A DNA stretch of 64,000 bases from an uncultured delta proteobacterium (GCA_963804955.1 CAWDSQ010000026.1:128001-192000); one strand, 5' to 3'; positions 41,799-53,432 are shown, counted from the stretch's first letter. Translations and numbers: made by a program. Notes: generated from the letters alone by a model not told the origin.

Positions 41799-42827
41799 AT
41801 GAGAGCAGCAATCATCGGCGCCACCGGGTATACGGGGCTTGAGCTTGTCCGCATTCTGTCGCGCCACCCCGAAGTTGAAATTACCGCCCTCACATCGGAG
41901 CGCTATGTCGGGCAAAGATATGACCAGGTCTATCCGGCCGTCGGGGCCATTGCAAGCCGCGTGCTGGAGCCGCTGAACCCGGATGCCATAGCAGGCCGGG
42001 CCGATGTCATATTCACCGCCGTTCCCCACAAAGAGGCCATGCAGGTGGTGCCCGCTTTTATCAACAAGAAAAAAAAGGTTATCGACCTGAGCGCCGATTT
42101 CAGGCTCTCTAATAAAGCTACCTATGAAAAATGGTATGAGGCCCATACCGCGCCGGAACTGCTGGCAAAAGCGGTCTACGGCCTGCCTGAAATAAACCGT
42201 AAAAAAATAAAAAAAGCGCAGCTCGTGGCAAATCCGGGCTGCTACCCCACAAGCATCATTCTGCCCCTGACGCCGCTGCTGAAAGATGATTTGATCGACA
42301 CCGGAAACATCATCGCCGATTCGAAGTCAGGCGTATCAGGAGCCGGCCGTTCTTTAAAGACCGGCTCTTTGTACTGCGAAGCAAGCGAAAGTTTCAAGGC
42401 CTACAGCATACTCAAACACCGGCATCAGCCTGAGATAGACGAGCAGCTTTCCGGCCTTTGCGGCAAGCCGGTCAGCATAACATTTTCCCCTCATCTGCTG
42501 CCCATGAACCGCGGCATGCTGAGCACTATTTATGTGACCCTCAAGCGGCCCATGAGCAGCAGCGCCCTGCACGACCGCCTCACGAGCTACTATAAAAATG
42601 AGCCTTTTGTGCGCATTCTGCCCGAAGGGACCCTCCCGCAGACGGGCTGGGTGCGGGGCTCCAATTACTGCGACATCGGCTTTGCCCTGTCGGGCAGGCG
42701 TCTGGTGCTGGTATCGGTAATCGACAATCTCGTCAAGGGCGCATCAGGCCAGGCCGTGCAGAATATGAATATCATGATGGGCCTCAGGGAAACGATGGCC
42801 ATCGACCATGTGCCCATGTATCCCTGA
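41799..42827 (+). CDS. argC: N-acetyl-gamma-glutamyl-phosphate reductase
   Basis: GATGYTG, DLSADFR, ANPGCYPT, SGVSGAG, HRH.PE, DNLVKGASGQA. Confidence 0.97.
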   Translation: MRAAIIGATGYTGLELVRILSRHPEVEITALTSERYVGQRYDQVYPAVGAIASRVLEPLNPDAIAGRADVIFTAVPHKEAMQVVPAFINKKKKVIDLSADFRLSNKATYEKWYEAHTAPELLAKAVYGLPEINRKKIKKAQLVANPGCYPTSIILPLTPLLKDDLIDTGNIIADSKSGVSGAGRSLKTGSLYCEASESFKAYSILKHRHQPEIDEQLSGLCGKPVSITFSPHLLPMNRGMLSTIYVTLKRPMSSSALHDRLTSYYKNEPFVRILPEGTLPQTGWVRGSNYCDIGFALSGRRLVLVSVIDNLVKGASGQAVQNMNIMMGLRETMAIDHVPMYP

Positions 42828-42843
42828 TTCGGGAGGCAGCCTG

Positions 42844-43047
42844 ATGGAATGCACGGCAGATACAAACAGCTCCTCATGCACCTGCACCTACAGCTCCTGT
42901 TCAAAACGCGGTAAATGCTGCCAGTGCGTCCAGTACCACAGGGCCGGCGGCGAGCTGCCCGGCTGCTTCTTCCCGCCCGATGCCGAGCGCACCTACGACC
43001 GCTCGCGCGAAGCCTATATAAAAGCTTTCTCGAAAAAACCCGCCTGA
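42844..43047 (+). CDS. Small Cys-rich protein (DUF6485-like)
   Basis: CTCTY..C...GKCC.C..YH....LPGCFF...ERTYDRS; GGGAGG RBS. Confidence 0.8.
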   Translation: MECTADTNSSSCTCTYSSCSKRGKCCQCVQYHRAGGELPGCFFPPDAERTYDRSREAYIKAFSKKPA

Positions 43048-43314
43048 AAAGTATGGTGTAGCCAGAGCAACCTGGACCTTGAAGGCTACCTGCGCGAACA
43101 GGCTATAGATGAACTTTTTGTCTGCGGGCTTGCTACCGACTACTGCGTGAAAGCAACCGTGATCGACGCCCTGCGCCACGGTTTCAAAACCCTCGTGCTG
43201 TCAGATTGCATCAGGGCTGTTGATGTGCAGCCCGGAGATGGGAAGCGGGCGCTGCAGGAGATGAAAGCCAATGGAGCGGTCATTCTTACCTCAGAAACCC
43301 TCGATTTCACATAG
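43048..43314 (+). pseudogene. pncA: C-terminal half of nicotinamidase/isochorismatase
   Basis: LREQAIDELFVCGLATDYCVKATVIDA...GF.T.VL.D..RAV; N-terminal half and start codon missing. Confidence 0.75.
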
Positions 43315-43744
43315 GGGTAATCGCTCCATACCAATACGTGTAATTTAATCAAAAACCTCCTCCCCCTCTTGAGGCTGACAAGATCGAGGTGAAGTGGGTA
43401 CTTGTAAAAAACCACACCTCATCCATGCACTCCTAGAATTTAGCTTTACCTTAATCTAACAGAACAAATATTGCTTCTGGTAATGTGCAACCGCAGGGGT
43501 ATGTCTTGTTTTGCATATTTAGAGCCGCTAATGTGTAATTTTGAGCAGCAGATCCTGGGTACAACATATGGTAGCCTCTTTGCTTCTTGAATAAAACTTG
43601 ACTTCATCCTTTGTTGGGCTTTTATTTAACCGTCAAATTGTTTTCATCATTAAAAACATTTAATGCATATATACTACTATTATATATGATAAATCTGCGC
43701 AGTGTCGTGTGAAAAAAAATCATAAACTTTCATGAATCGGTATC

Positions 43745-45688
43745 ATGAACTTTCTGAAAAAGAGACTTTCCTTCCTCAGTCCCCTGCATCCCGTCATTAT
43801 CTTTTATCTTCTTGGACTGGTAATCTTTTTTGTTTTCAGGTCAGCGCTCTGCCTGCAATATTATGCAAGAGTGATGGAGGTCGAAAACAGTCTTCTTAGC
43901 TTTGCCATAGGGGTAAGGGTTGATACTATTCTGCTCTGTTATCTTCTGATGCTTCCGACATTTGCTCTTCTTATCCTTCCAGCACCTGTAATCAGCAAAA
44001 TACGCTGGATATTCTCACTCTACTTTGCACTGCTTGTCTCTTTATTTGTATTTCTGGAACTAGCAACGTTCCCCTTTATGGCAGAATTTGATACCCGGCC
44101 TGACCGTATTTTTATTGAACATGCCGTACAGATTCGAGAGGTTGCGGGCATGATTCTGAAGGGGTATACGATACCGCTGCTTTTTACTGTATCGGTGACC
44201 CTGCTGATAAGCTGGGGCAGCTTTAGATTTTTTCAGGCAGTTTTTGAAGGCTTTATTCCTAATGGACTTGCAAAAAAAGTGCTCTTTTTCTTTATCATTA
44301 CGCCACTTCTGGCTTATGGCGCACGCTCAAGTTCAAGCTTCGGGAATCCTGCAAATCCCAGTGATTTTGCATTTTCAAAGAGCCATCTGGTAAACCAGCT
44401 TTGTCTTAATACAACCTATAATCTTGTGTATGAGTATTTCAGCCAGAAAAATGCGGAAAAAGACCCTATAAAATTTTATGGTAACATGGATACGCAGGAA
44501 ATGCTGGACAGGGTGCGCAAAACCGCAGGCATACCAAAACAGAGTTGCACAAACCCCAACATCCCGCTCCTTCATAAGCAGCAGTCAAGCGTACAGAGAA
44601 CAAGTCCAGTCAATGTAGTTGTCATAGTAGAAGAGAGTCTGGGGTCGGAATTTGTGGGCTGTCTCGGGGGGCCTCCCCTGACCCCCAACTTTGATGCTCT
44701 CAGTAAAGAAGGTCTTTTGTTTACCCGCATGTATGCTACCGGTACACGCACGCTCAGAGGCCTTGAAGCCGTCATTTCGGGATTTCTTCCCACGCCAGCT
44801 AAAAGTGTTTTTAAACTTGGACTGTCGAAAAGAAACTTCTTCACCATTGCTGAGCTTTTTGCAAGAGGGGGGTATATAACTGAGTTTATCTATGGCGGGG
44901 AAAGCAATTTTGACAACATGCATTCGTTTTGTCTGAACAATGGCTTTCAGCACATTTATGATGAGAAAAACATGCCGGCACCGGTCTTCAAGGGGAGCTG
45001 GGGTGTCTCGGATGAAGATCTTTTTGCCACAGCAAATGAGGTATTTAAATCTCATGGCGAAAAGCCATTTTTTGCGCTTCTGCTTACTACATCAAATCAT
45101 GACCCTTTTGAATTTCCCGACGGCCGGATTGAACTGTATGAAAAGCCGAAAATGACCCGGAACAATGCGATCAAGTATGCGGATTATGCGCTGGGGAAAT
45201 ATTTTGAGTCGGCAAAAAAAGAGGCCTATTACAGTAATACGATATTTTTGATTATCGCCGACCACAGCACGCGGCTGGGAGGGAAAGATTTGGTGCCGAT
45301 AGATAAATTCCATATTCCGGCTTTGATTATCGGCCCTGATGTACAACCGGGAACATTTGACAAGGTGGCAAGTCAGATTGATATGCCGACGACCCTTCTT
45401 GATCTAATGGGGTTCAGCGCCGAGGTGCCCCTTATCGGACGATCCCTTGCCCATCTTTCTGACAGTGTCAAAGGCAGGGCAATCATACAGTATGGCGAAG
45501 ACAATGTGTATCTGGAAGATGATCAGGCAATACTGCACCGGCCCAGGAAAGAAGCAGTACAGTTTGCGTATAGGGATGGAAGATTAATTCCAACAATGCT
45601 TGATCCTGAACTTTCAAAAAATGCACTGGCACATGCACTGCTGCCGGGATACCTCTATTATAACTTTTTACACCGCCTGCCTGAATAA
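43745..45688 (+). CDS. LTA-synthase/sulfatase-family membrane protein
   Basis: Several N-terminal TM helices; NVV.IVEES, GTRT.RGLEA, TTSNHDP, YAD, ADH, SQID. Confidence 0.9.
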   Translation: MNFLKKRLSFLSPLHPVIIFYLLGLVIFFVFRSALCLQYYARVMEVENSLLSFAIGVRVDTILLCYLLMLPTFALLILPAPVISKIRWIFSLYFALLVSLFVFLELATFPFMAEFDTRPDRIFIEHAVQIREVAGMILKGYTIPLLFTVSVTLLISWGSFRFFQAVFEGFIPNGLAKKVLFFFIITPLLAYGARSSSSFGNPANPSDFAFSKSHLVNQLCLNTTYNLVYEYFSQKNAEKDPIKFYGNMDTQEMLDRVRKTAGIPKQSCTNPNIPLLHKQQSSVQRTSPVNVVVIVEESLGSEFVGCLGGPPLTPNFDALSKEGLLFTRMYATGTRTLRGLEAVISGFLPTPAKSVFKLGLSKRNFFTIAELFARGGYITEFIYGGESNFDNMHSFCLNNGFQHIYDEKNMPAPVFKGSWGVSDEDLFATANEVFKSHGEKPFFALLLTTSNHDPFEFPDGRIELYEKPKMTRNNAIKYADYALGKYFESAKKEAYYSNTIFLIIADHSTRLGGKDLVPIDKFHIPALIIGPDVQPGTFDKVASQIDMPTTLLDLMGFSAEVPLIGRSLAHLSDSVKGRAIIQYGEDNVYLEDDQAILHRPRKEAVQFAYRDGRLIPTMLDPELSKNALAHALLPGYLYYNFLHRLPE

Positions 45689-45939
45689 GCTATATCGGAA
45701 ATCGATAACTGTCGCCAAGAACCTTAAAAGTACAGATAGGAATAAGTATAACGGGGTTGAAGCCTGGCTACTACATATTGTGGCCAAGCCATTTTCTTAA
45801 AAAGTCCACACTAGCGTGTCATAAATTTTTACAAAACATTCCTTGAATGTATTGCATATTTCTTCTGGTACATTGCCACTATTCTATGAAAGCAAAATTA
45901 TCTTAAAAAAATTACCAGTTAAATCAAAATATTTACAGT

Positions 45940-46737
45940 TTACTTATCCCCCAGCAATTTCTGCGCATTCTTATAAAAAATCAGTTCCCTGTCGGCATTG
46001 GTCAGAAAATCGGCCTGCCGAACAGCAGCGATCAGAGGCTCCATATTGAAAATGCCGTCGGAGCCGAAAACCACCCTGGCGGCGCCGAGAGACTGCACGA
46101 GCTTTTTCAACGTCGGCAGCACCACCGGATACCCCAGCACATCCTCAATCTGGTTGAGCGTCGAAATGTCAACCGACACATTGGGGGCATAAAGGCCTGC
46201 CATAATCAGATCCTCGACCCAGGGATAGGCGGCATGGGCGATCACCAGTTTCAGGTCAGGGAAATCTACGGCAATATCATCAATATAGATGGGATGACAA
46301 TACTTTAGCCTGCTTCCATCAGAAGGAGGTTTAACGCCCATATGGATCACTACCGGCAGTCCCAGAACCGCAGCCTTTTCATAGATGGGGTACAGTCGCT
46401 CATCATTGGGATAAAAACCTGAAGCCGGGTTAAGCTTTATACCCCGAAGGCCGAACGTATTGCACGCCCGGTCAATTCTCTCAAGATTTACTTTAATATC
46501 CCTGTCGGGATGCACAGCGGTAAACCCGATAAAACGGTCGGGATGTGCTTGTACAAACGCAGCCGTATCGTCATCGGCAAGGTTGTCTTTGCGACTGTCT
46601 CCGAGCAGGCCGTAGTCTTTGCCAAGTATAATGAGCTGCTCAACCCCTGCTTCATCCATGGCTTCAAGATAGGCGTCAGCCTCCATGCGATAGGCTGACC
46701 CCGGCGGGCTCAAATGATTGTGAAAGTCGATGATCAT
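45940..46737 (-). CDS. Amidohydrolase-2 family protein
   Basis: IDFHNH, GIKL, IHMG, IAH, FGSD. Confidence 0.9.
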   Translation of the reverse strand: MIIDFHNHLSPPGSAYRMEADAYLEAMDEAGVEQLIILGKDYGLLGDSRKDNLADDDTAAFVQAHPDRFIGFTAVHPDRDIKVNLERIDRACNTFGLRGIKLNPASGFYPNDERLYPIYEKAAVLGLPVVIHMGVKPPSDGSRLKYCHPIYIDDIAVDFPDLKLVIAHAAYPWVEDLIMAGLYAPNVSVDISTLNQIEDVLGYPVVLPTLKKLVQSLGAARVVFGSDGIFNMEPLIAAVRQADFLTNADRELIFYKNAQKLLGDK

Positions 46738-47098
46738 GGCCGGACCTCCTTAGATAAACATTGAAGTTTTTTCCGAAAATATCTATGAAACCATTTAAAA
46801 TGTCAACCTATTCAAGCACCAGGAAACCCATCTGCATAGTGGCCTGTTAATCGAAAAAGTTGTGGCGTGTTGCAAAATCAGCTATGTTGAACTTGTGTCC
46901 ACAGAAAAGGCTGGGTTTGAGCACACAGCCGGTTCGTGCTAGCTTTCTCGGATTTTTACTATACAACTTCAAACATATACTACCAGTAGGCATAGGCATA
47001 TGGATCAGCATATAATTCTAATGGTGGCGATTCCGGTTGTGACGGCGACCGTTTTTGTGTCTTCCACAAGCCTGCATGCTGCACGAGGAGTTTCGAAC

Positions 47099-47719
47099 AT
47101 GAACCTGCTGTGGGCTGCGGTCTGGGTTTCGGTATTCCTTCTGGCTGGCCAGTCGAGCGCGTCTGACCAGGCCCAAAAGGCGGAAACCGCCAGGGACAAG
47201 GCGGAGGTGCTGGAGGAGAAGGCAGCGCCCGGTGGGAATAAGGCGCTACCGACTCAGGCCCAGACCATCACCAAGCCCCAGGTGCAGGCCGTAGATTCGA
47301 CCGGCGATGAGCCCATAGACGATGCAATCACCTGTCTTGCCCGCAGCGTTTACTGGGAGGCACGGGGCACTGGTGCTGCCAGCCTGGAAGCCATCACCAG
47401 TGTCGTTATGAACCGGGTCGGCCATACGGGCTTTCCAAACACCATCTGTGGAGTTGTCAAGCAGGGCCAGGAGGAGGGCGCCTGCCAGTTTTCGTGGTGG
47501 TGCGATGGCCGTCCGGATGACGCAAAGGATGATGAGGCCTATGCGCGCGCCAAGGAAATCGCCCGCAAGGCCCTCAACCGCCAGCTCAAAGACCGAACCG
47601 GTGGCGCCATGTATTTCCATAATCGTAAAACAGTTCCCGCCTGGTCCAAAAAATATATCAAGACGGTCGAGGTCGGCGAGCATGTCTTCTACAAACCTGC
47701 CGGCGGCGAAGCCAAATAG
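47099..47719 (+). CDS. Cell-wall hydrolase, SleB/CwlJ (Hydrolase_2) family, exported
   Basis: CLARSVYWEARG, V.NRV..FPNTICGVV, CQFSW, GAMYFH, HVFY; GAGGAG RBS. Confidence 0.9.
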   Translation: MNLLWAAVWVSVFLLAGQSSASDQAQKAETARDKAEVLEEKAAPGGNKALPTQAQTITKPQVQAVDSTGDEPIDDAITCLARSVYWEARGTGAASLEAITSVVMNRVGHTGFPNTICGVVKQGQEEGACQFSWWCDGRPDDAKDDEAYARAKEIARKALNRQLKDRTGGAMYFHNRKTVPAWSKKYIKTVEVGEHVFYKPAGGEAK

Positions 47720-47918
47720 ACTCTGCCGGTTGACATTGGTGCGGATTCGAAACTCTTTAAGCGGCATGAAGCTAAAATCAGGGTTCCGCCACTGTGTGTT
47801 TCGCTCCCTTGGCCACCCTGCCCTGCTTGTTTTACCGCGGTTTACACTGAAACCGCTTCATCCTCTTCCTGATGCATGCTTCCTTCTCATTCGACCGGTT
47901 CACCATGCCATCTCTGCT

Positions 47919-48109
47919 TAGAGCATTTAACAGAATTACTATGACGCATAATTCATGTGTTTACGAGCACACCAGCCCTTGTCATTCTGGCTTGCCGGAA
48001 TCATTTTTCTGCACACCAAAGGGATTCCCGTCGAGCGGGGATGACAAAAAATGACGCCATACAGCTATCGCACTCAACTGTTTTCTGATTTACGGTTACA
48101 AGATTTAGT
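47919..48109 (+). repeat. Dispersed element of about 190 bp, copy 2
   Basis: Similar to 24658-24839; contains a gtcattc..gatgac palindrome. Confidence 0.8.
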
Positions 48110-48350
48110 GTGGAGGCTTCGTATCATACCGGCCAGGGTTGCTTCATCTGCATGCCGCAGATTTTTGATTGCACATATCCTGCAAAAAGACACACCCCCC
48201 TGTTTAAATACCTTGTAATTAAACTAATTAGAATCTATGTTCTAATAAAGAAAAAAGGTCTCTTCCAACATCTCCAATAGCATGTTGTATTCAGCAGTAA
48301 ATTTTGTCTAAATAAGGTTTCTTTTATAACTTTTATTCAAAGGCTGAACT

Positions 48351-51300
48351 ATGCCAAAATTAATAAAAAAAGCTCGAAAAAATGCCTCAAAAGCTGTCAC
48401 TGCCTCCAAAAAGAACCTCCCGGCAAAAACTAAACCAGCGCCCTCAAAAATACATGCGGCTGACAAAAAATCAGGTGCAGCAAAAAAGAAGCCTGGCAAA
48501 AAGCCTTCTGCTCCGGTTCAATCAGCAATGCTTCCCGTAGTCGGCATCGGTGCATCAGCCGGCGGGCTCAAGGCCCTTGAGAATTTTTTTGACAATATGC
48601 CCTCTGGCAGCGGCATTGCTTTTGTGGTCATCCAGCACCTGTCCCCTGATCACAAAAGCATTATGGGAAGCCTTCTTGAAAAGCATACAAAGATGAAGGT
48701 GCTTGAGGCTAAAAACGGCACAAAAGTTACGGCGAACTGCATCTACCTCAACCCGCCCACTACGAATATGAGCATCATCAACGGCACGCTCCGGCTTATG
48801 GAGCGCGGCAGTTCTCCAGCGCTCCATCTGCCCATAGATTTTTTCTTCCGCTCCCTCGCCGAGAACCAGAAGGAACAGGCCATCTGCATTGTTCTGTCCG
48901 GCACCGGCACGGACGGCACGCTGGGGCTTAAGGCAGTAAAGGCCGCGGGCGGCATGACCATGGTTCAGCAGGAAGAAGATGCCGAGTACAGCGGCATGCC
49001 CCGAAGCGCCATTGACACCGGCCTTGTGGACTACATTCTTCCCGCAGCGAAAATGGCCGAAAGTCTTATACAGTACGCGCGGCACGCCTATCTGAGAAAG
49101 CCCCGGGAAGCTGAAAAACTTGATAAAAAAAACGAAGATTATGTCCAGAAGATATGTATGCTGATCCGGGCAAAAACCGGCCATGATTTTTCACATTATA
49201 AAATAAACACCATCCATCGGAGAATCGAGCGGCGCATGGCCGTCCACAAGGTCGACAGTACCGCAGACTATGTCCGGCTGCTCAGTGAAAACCCGGCGGA
49301 AGTACAGGCTCTTTTCAAAGACATGCTTATCCTTGTCACCAGTTTTTTCCGGGACCCCGACGCCTTTAAAATACTGCAGAAAGCATTATCTGATCTCGTG
49401 GATAAGAAAGCGCAGGGTTCCTCTTTCCGCGTCTGGATGCCGGGATGCGCCACGGGCGAGGAGACCTATTCAGTTGCCATGCTGATCGCGGAAAGCATGG
49501 AGAATCTCAACAAACATCTGGTCGTTCAGATATTTGCCACCGACATTGATGAGGAGGCTGTCGCATACGCGCGCAAGGCCATGTATCCCGATTCTATAGC
49601 AGCCGACGTATCGCCCGAGCGGCTGAAAAACTTTTTTACAAAAGAGGAAAAAAACGTTCGCATAAAAAAACATATCAGAGAAATGGTGACGTTTGCCACC
49701 CAGAGCCTTACCCGGGACCCTCCATTTTCAAAGCTTGACATGGTGGTGTGCCGCAATGTTCTGATTTACCTGGACGCCGAACTCCAGAAAAAGATATTTC
49801 CTCTGATCCATTACACGCTGAACCCGGACGGCATCCTTTTTCTGGGTTCAGCCGAAACCATCGGGAGCTTTACTGACTTCTTTACCCCGATTGACACGAA
49901 GTGGAAAATTTTCAAGCGTCAAAAATGCCGACATGCCGCGAGCGCTGGAGCTGGCCGGAGCCGAACCCTACACCGTTGGTGTCGCACACAAGATGGAAAA
50001 AACCGCAAAGCTCACCGACCTTGACATCCGTGACATTGCCGAGATGGTCATCCTTAAAAAGTACAGCCCGTCCTGCGTTCTGGTCAACGACAAATATGAA
50101 GTTGTCTATTTCAGCGGCAACACCAACAGGTACCTGTCTCAGCCGGTGGGTGTTCCCAACTTCAACATTCTGAAGATGGTCGACGAAAGCCTGCTCTACA
50201 CTCTGAGCAGTGCCCTGCATACGGTTGCTAAACAGAAAACCACTGTAGTCTGCAAAGGCCTGCAGGGAAAGCAGAACAATGCGGACTATAGCGTTGATGT
50301 GACCGTCATGCCGGTTACGGCGCCCAGTGCCCGCGAGGGTTTGATGATGGTGGTGTTTGAAGACAGAACGCCGAAGGAAGCAGAACCCGAAGGAAAAAAG
50401 CCCGGCGCAAACAAAAAAGTGGACGCACGCATCGAAACGCTTGAGCAGGAACTGCGGTCAACAAAAGAGTATTTGCAGACCGCCATCGAAGAGCTGGAAA
50501 CCACAAACGAAGAGCTCACGTCTACCAATGAGGAACTGCAGTCGGCAAACGAAGAGCTGCAGTCCGCCAATGAGGAGCTTGAGACCTCCAGGGAGGAACT
50601 GCAGTCGACCAATGAAGAGCTTGCCACCGTGAATGCAGAGCTTCAGACCAAAATCGATGATCTGTCCTGCGTCAACAACGATCTGAACAACCTGCTTGTC
50701 AGCACCGAGATCGGCACTATCTTTCTTGACAGCAGCCTGCGCATCAAGCGCTTTACCCCGTCGGTGGCAAAAATTTTCAACCTGATAAATACCGATATCG
50801 GCCGTCCTATCAGCGATCTCACGGCAAAGACAACCCATGAGGGCATTTATGCCGACTGCGGGAAAGTGCTCGCAACCCTGAATACGATCGAGAAGACGAT
50901 AGGTGTTAAGAGCGGAGACTCCTTCAGCATGCGCATTCTCCCATACCGGACCCTTGAAAATGTCATAGACGGCCTTGTTCTCACCTTTACCGACATAACC
51001 GCCATTGTGAATGCCCGTGAAAACGCGCGCCTTGCCGCGGTGGTGAAGGATTCAAATGATGCCATAACACTGCAGGACAGGGAAGGTACTATCCTGGCCT
51101 GGAATCGCGGCGCCAGCCGCATGTATGGCTACACCGAGTCAGAGGCCCTTGCAATGAACATCAGCAGCATGATCCCCGATGACAGGCAAAAGGAGTACTT
51201 CAAGTTCGTTCATGCTGTTTTTGCCGGCAAAGAGGTTGATTCCTTCAAAACCAGGCGAACGGCAAAGGACGGCCGCACGCTTGATGTCTGGCTGACCGTA

Positions 51301-51369
51301 ACGGTCCTGAACGATAGCCAGGGCAAGCCGCAAAGCATTGCCACTACCGAGCGGGATATACAAAACTAA
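48351..51369 (+). CDS. CheB-CheR-PAS fusion with EELQS heptad coil (frameshift near 49920)
   Basis: GASAGG, QHL, GTDG (CheB triad); [25 protein letters not shown] (CheR); NEELQS repeats; C-terminal PAS. Confidence 0.92.
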
Positions 51370-51424
51370 TAGCGCAGGCTCACTAGTGACAGTTCAAAGG
51401 TCCGGGTTCAAGTTGTATGAGTGT

Positions 51425-51659
51425 CTAGTGGGCTTTCACATTTGAATTTGTTGGATGAGATACAATCACTCGTTCTTAACACCAGTCCTGTCATTCCGGC
51501 TTGTCCGGAATCTTTTCCACCGCAGCGGAAGGATTCCGGACAAGCCGGAATGACGCTTGGGTTTTACTTTTTCAATTAACTTATCCCCCTAATTTTCATA
51601 TATTGGCATTAAGAAAAGGGTGACTAAAACAGTTAATTTCAAATGTGAAGGTCCACTAG
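51425..51659. mobile_element. MITE bounded by CTAG and 22-bp terminal inverted repeats
   Basis: ctagtgggctttcacatttgaa versus ttcaaatgtgaaggtccactag (20/22 match); internal palindrome 51490-51554. Confidence 0.8.
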
Positions 51660-51722
51660 GCTGTCGGGTTACGGTTGACATTTGATAATTTTAAACTGTA
51701 AATCATGTGAAAGATATGTATC

Positions 51723-53432
51723 ATGGCAGATTCAAAAAAACAGAGACAAGCTAAACTATTTAATGACCTGCGCAGAAAAGCTGAGCACCTCATGCAGGCC
51801 AACCCTGCCGAGTCGAAAAATAATGGCGCGCAAGATTTGAACAGCCTGCTGCACGAGCTTGAGGTTCACCAGATCGAGCTTGCCCTGCAGAATGAAGAGC
51901 TGCTGCGCTCACGGGCGGAAATAGAGGAATCCCGCCAGAAGTATCTTGATTTATATGACTTTGCGCCCGTCGGGTATATCACCTATGATGACAGGACCGG
52001 GCACATCACTGAAACAAATCACGCAGGCGCCGGGATGCTTGGCTGCGAAAAGGGAACGGCTGTCGGCAAGAAACTGATGAGTTTTATTATGCCGGAGTCA
52101 CAGGATGTGTTTTATTTTCATAAAAACAAGTGCTTCGAGACCCGGGAAAAACAGACCTGTGAGCTGAAGCTCAAAAAAAAAGGCCACCCCCCGGTACCTG
52201 TCCAGCTCTCGAGCATGCCCGTGGATGCTGAAGGGCCAATGAAACTCCTGCGCATTGCGCTGACAGATATCTCCGAGCGCACACTCCTGTGGGATCAGCT
52301 CCGCGAATCCCGCAAAACGGAGGCGATAGGAACCCTTGCAGGCGGCATTGCGCATGAGTTCAACAATATGCTGGGCGGCATTACCAACTATGCTGAACTG
52401 GCAAAAGCTGACATGCCCGCCGACAGGCCGGCGCGAGAGTATCTGGATGAGGTATTAAAGCTTTGCAAAAAAGCCCGGGATGTTGTCATGCAGGTCCTTT
52501 CCTACAGCCAGAAGCCCCGGACCGAGTACAAGCCGGTAGTAGTGCATTCACTGGTTGCAGAAACGGTAAAGCTGATGCGCTCCAGCATACCCACAAACAT
52601 CGACATCCGGCAGGACATTGACGGGCAGGCAGGAACAGTGCTCGGAAACCACACACAGATACAGCAGGTGCTGATAAACCTGTGCATCAATGCGGCACAA
52701 GCCATGAAGCTGAAAAGCGGCCTTCTCACAATAAAAGTGGTGCCTGTCGCGCTTGATGCCGAGCAGGTGAGGCACTTTACCGATCTAAGGGCCGGGGCGT
52801 ATGTAAAGCTCACCGTGAGCGACACAGGCACAGGCTTTGACCCTGCAATCACAGAGCGCATCTTTGATCCTTTTTTCACCACCAAAGAGGTCGGCGACGG
52901 CAGGGGCATGGGCCTTGCGGAGGCGCAGGGCATTGTCAAGAGTCATGGCGGCGCCATAACTGTTTCAAGCATACTGGGGGCGGGCACAACCGTTACCGTA
53001 TTTTTTCCCGCATCAGCGGATGCGGCTGCTGTGAACGCACCGGATACACGCCTGCAAGGGGGTACGGAGCGGATACTGATGGTTGATGATGAGGAGTGCA
53101 TTGTTATTCCCGCAAAAATGATGCTTGAAAATCTGGGATACCGGGTAACAGCCCTGACCGACAGCCTGGAGACACTTGAGCTTTTCCGCAAAACCCCCGA
53201 TGACTTTGATTTTGTTATAACCGACCTTTCAATGCCCCACCTGACCGGCGAGCGGCTTGCAGCGGAAATAATCAAAATTCGCAAGGACATACCGGTTGTC
53301 ATCGCAACGGGCTTCGTGGGAGCCGCAGACAATGAGGATTTAAAAAAAAGCGGCGTCAGGGGGGTCATAGCAAAGCCGTATAGCATGCAGGAGTTTGCCA
53401 AAAGCATCCGCTCTATTCTTGATGGAACATAA
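51723..53432 (+). CDS. Cytoplasmic PAS hybrid histidine kinase with receiver domain
   Basis: HELEVHQIEL..QNEEL, APVGY, AHEFNN, NLCINA, DTGTG, PFFTTK, VDDE, ITDLSMP. Confidence 0.93.
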   Translation: MADSKKQRQAKLFNDLRRKAEHLMQANPAESKNNGAQDLNSLLHELEVHQIELALQNEELLRSRAEIEESRQKYLDLYDFAPVGYITYDDRTGHITETNHAGAGMLGCEKGTAVGKKLMSFIMPESQDVFYFHKNKCFETREKQTCELKLKKKGHPPVPVQLSSMPVDAEGPMKLLRIALTDISERTLLWDQLRESRKTEAIGTLAGGIAHEFNNMLGGITNYAELAKADMPADRPAREYLDEVLKLCKKARDVVMQVLSYSQKPRTEYKPVVVHSLVAETVKLMRSSIPTNIDIRQDIDGQAGTVLGNHTQIQQVLINLCINAAQAMKLKSGLLTIKVVPVALDAEQVRHFTDLRAGAYVKLTVSDTGTGFDPAITERIFDPFFTTKEVGDGRGMGLAEAQGIVKSHGGAITVSSILGAGTTVTVFFPASADAAAVNAPDTRLQGGTERILMVDDEECIVIPAKMMLENLGYRVTALTDSLETLELFRKTPDDFDFVITDLSMPHLTGERLAAEIIKIRKDIPVVIATGFVGAADNEDLKKSGVRGVIAKPYSMQEFAKSIRSILDGT

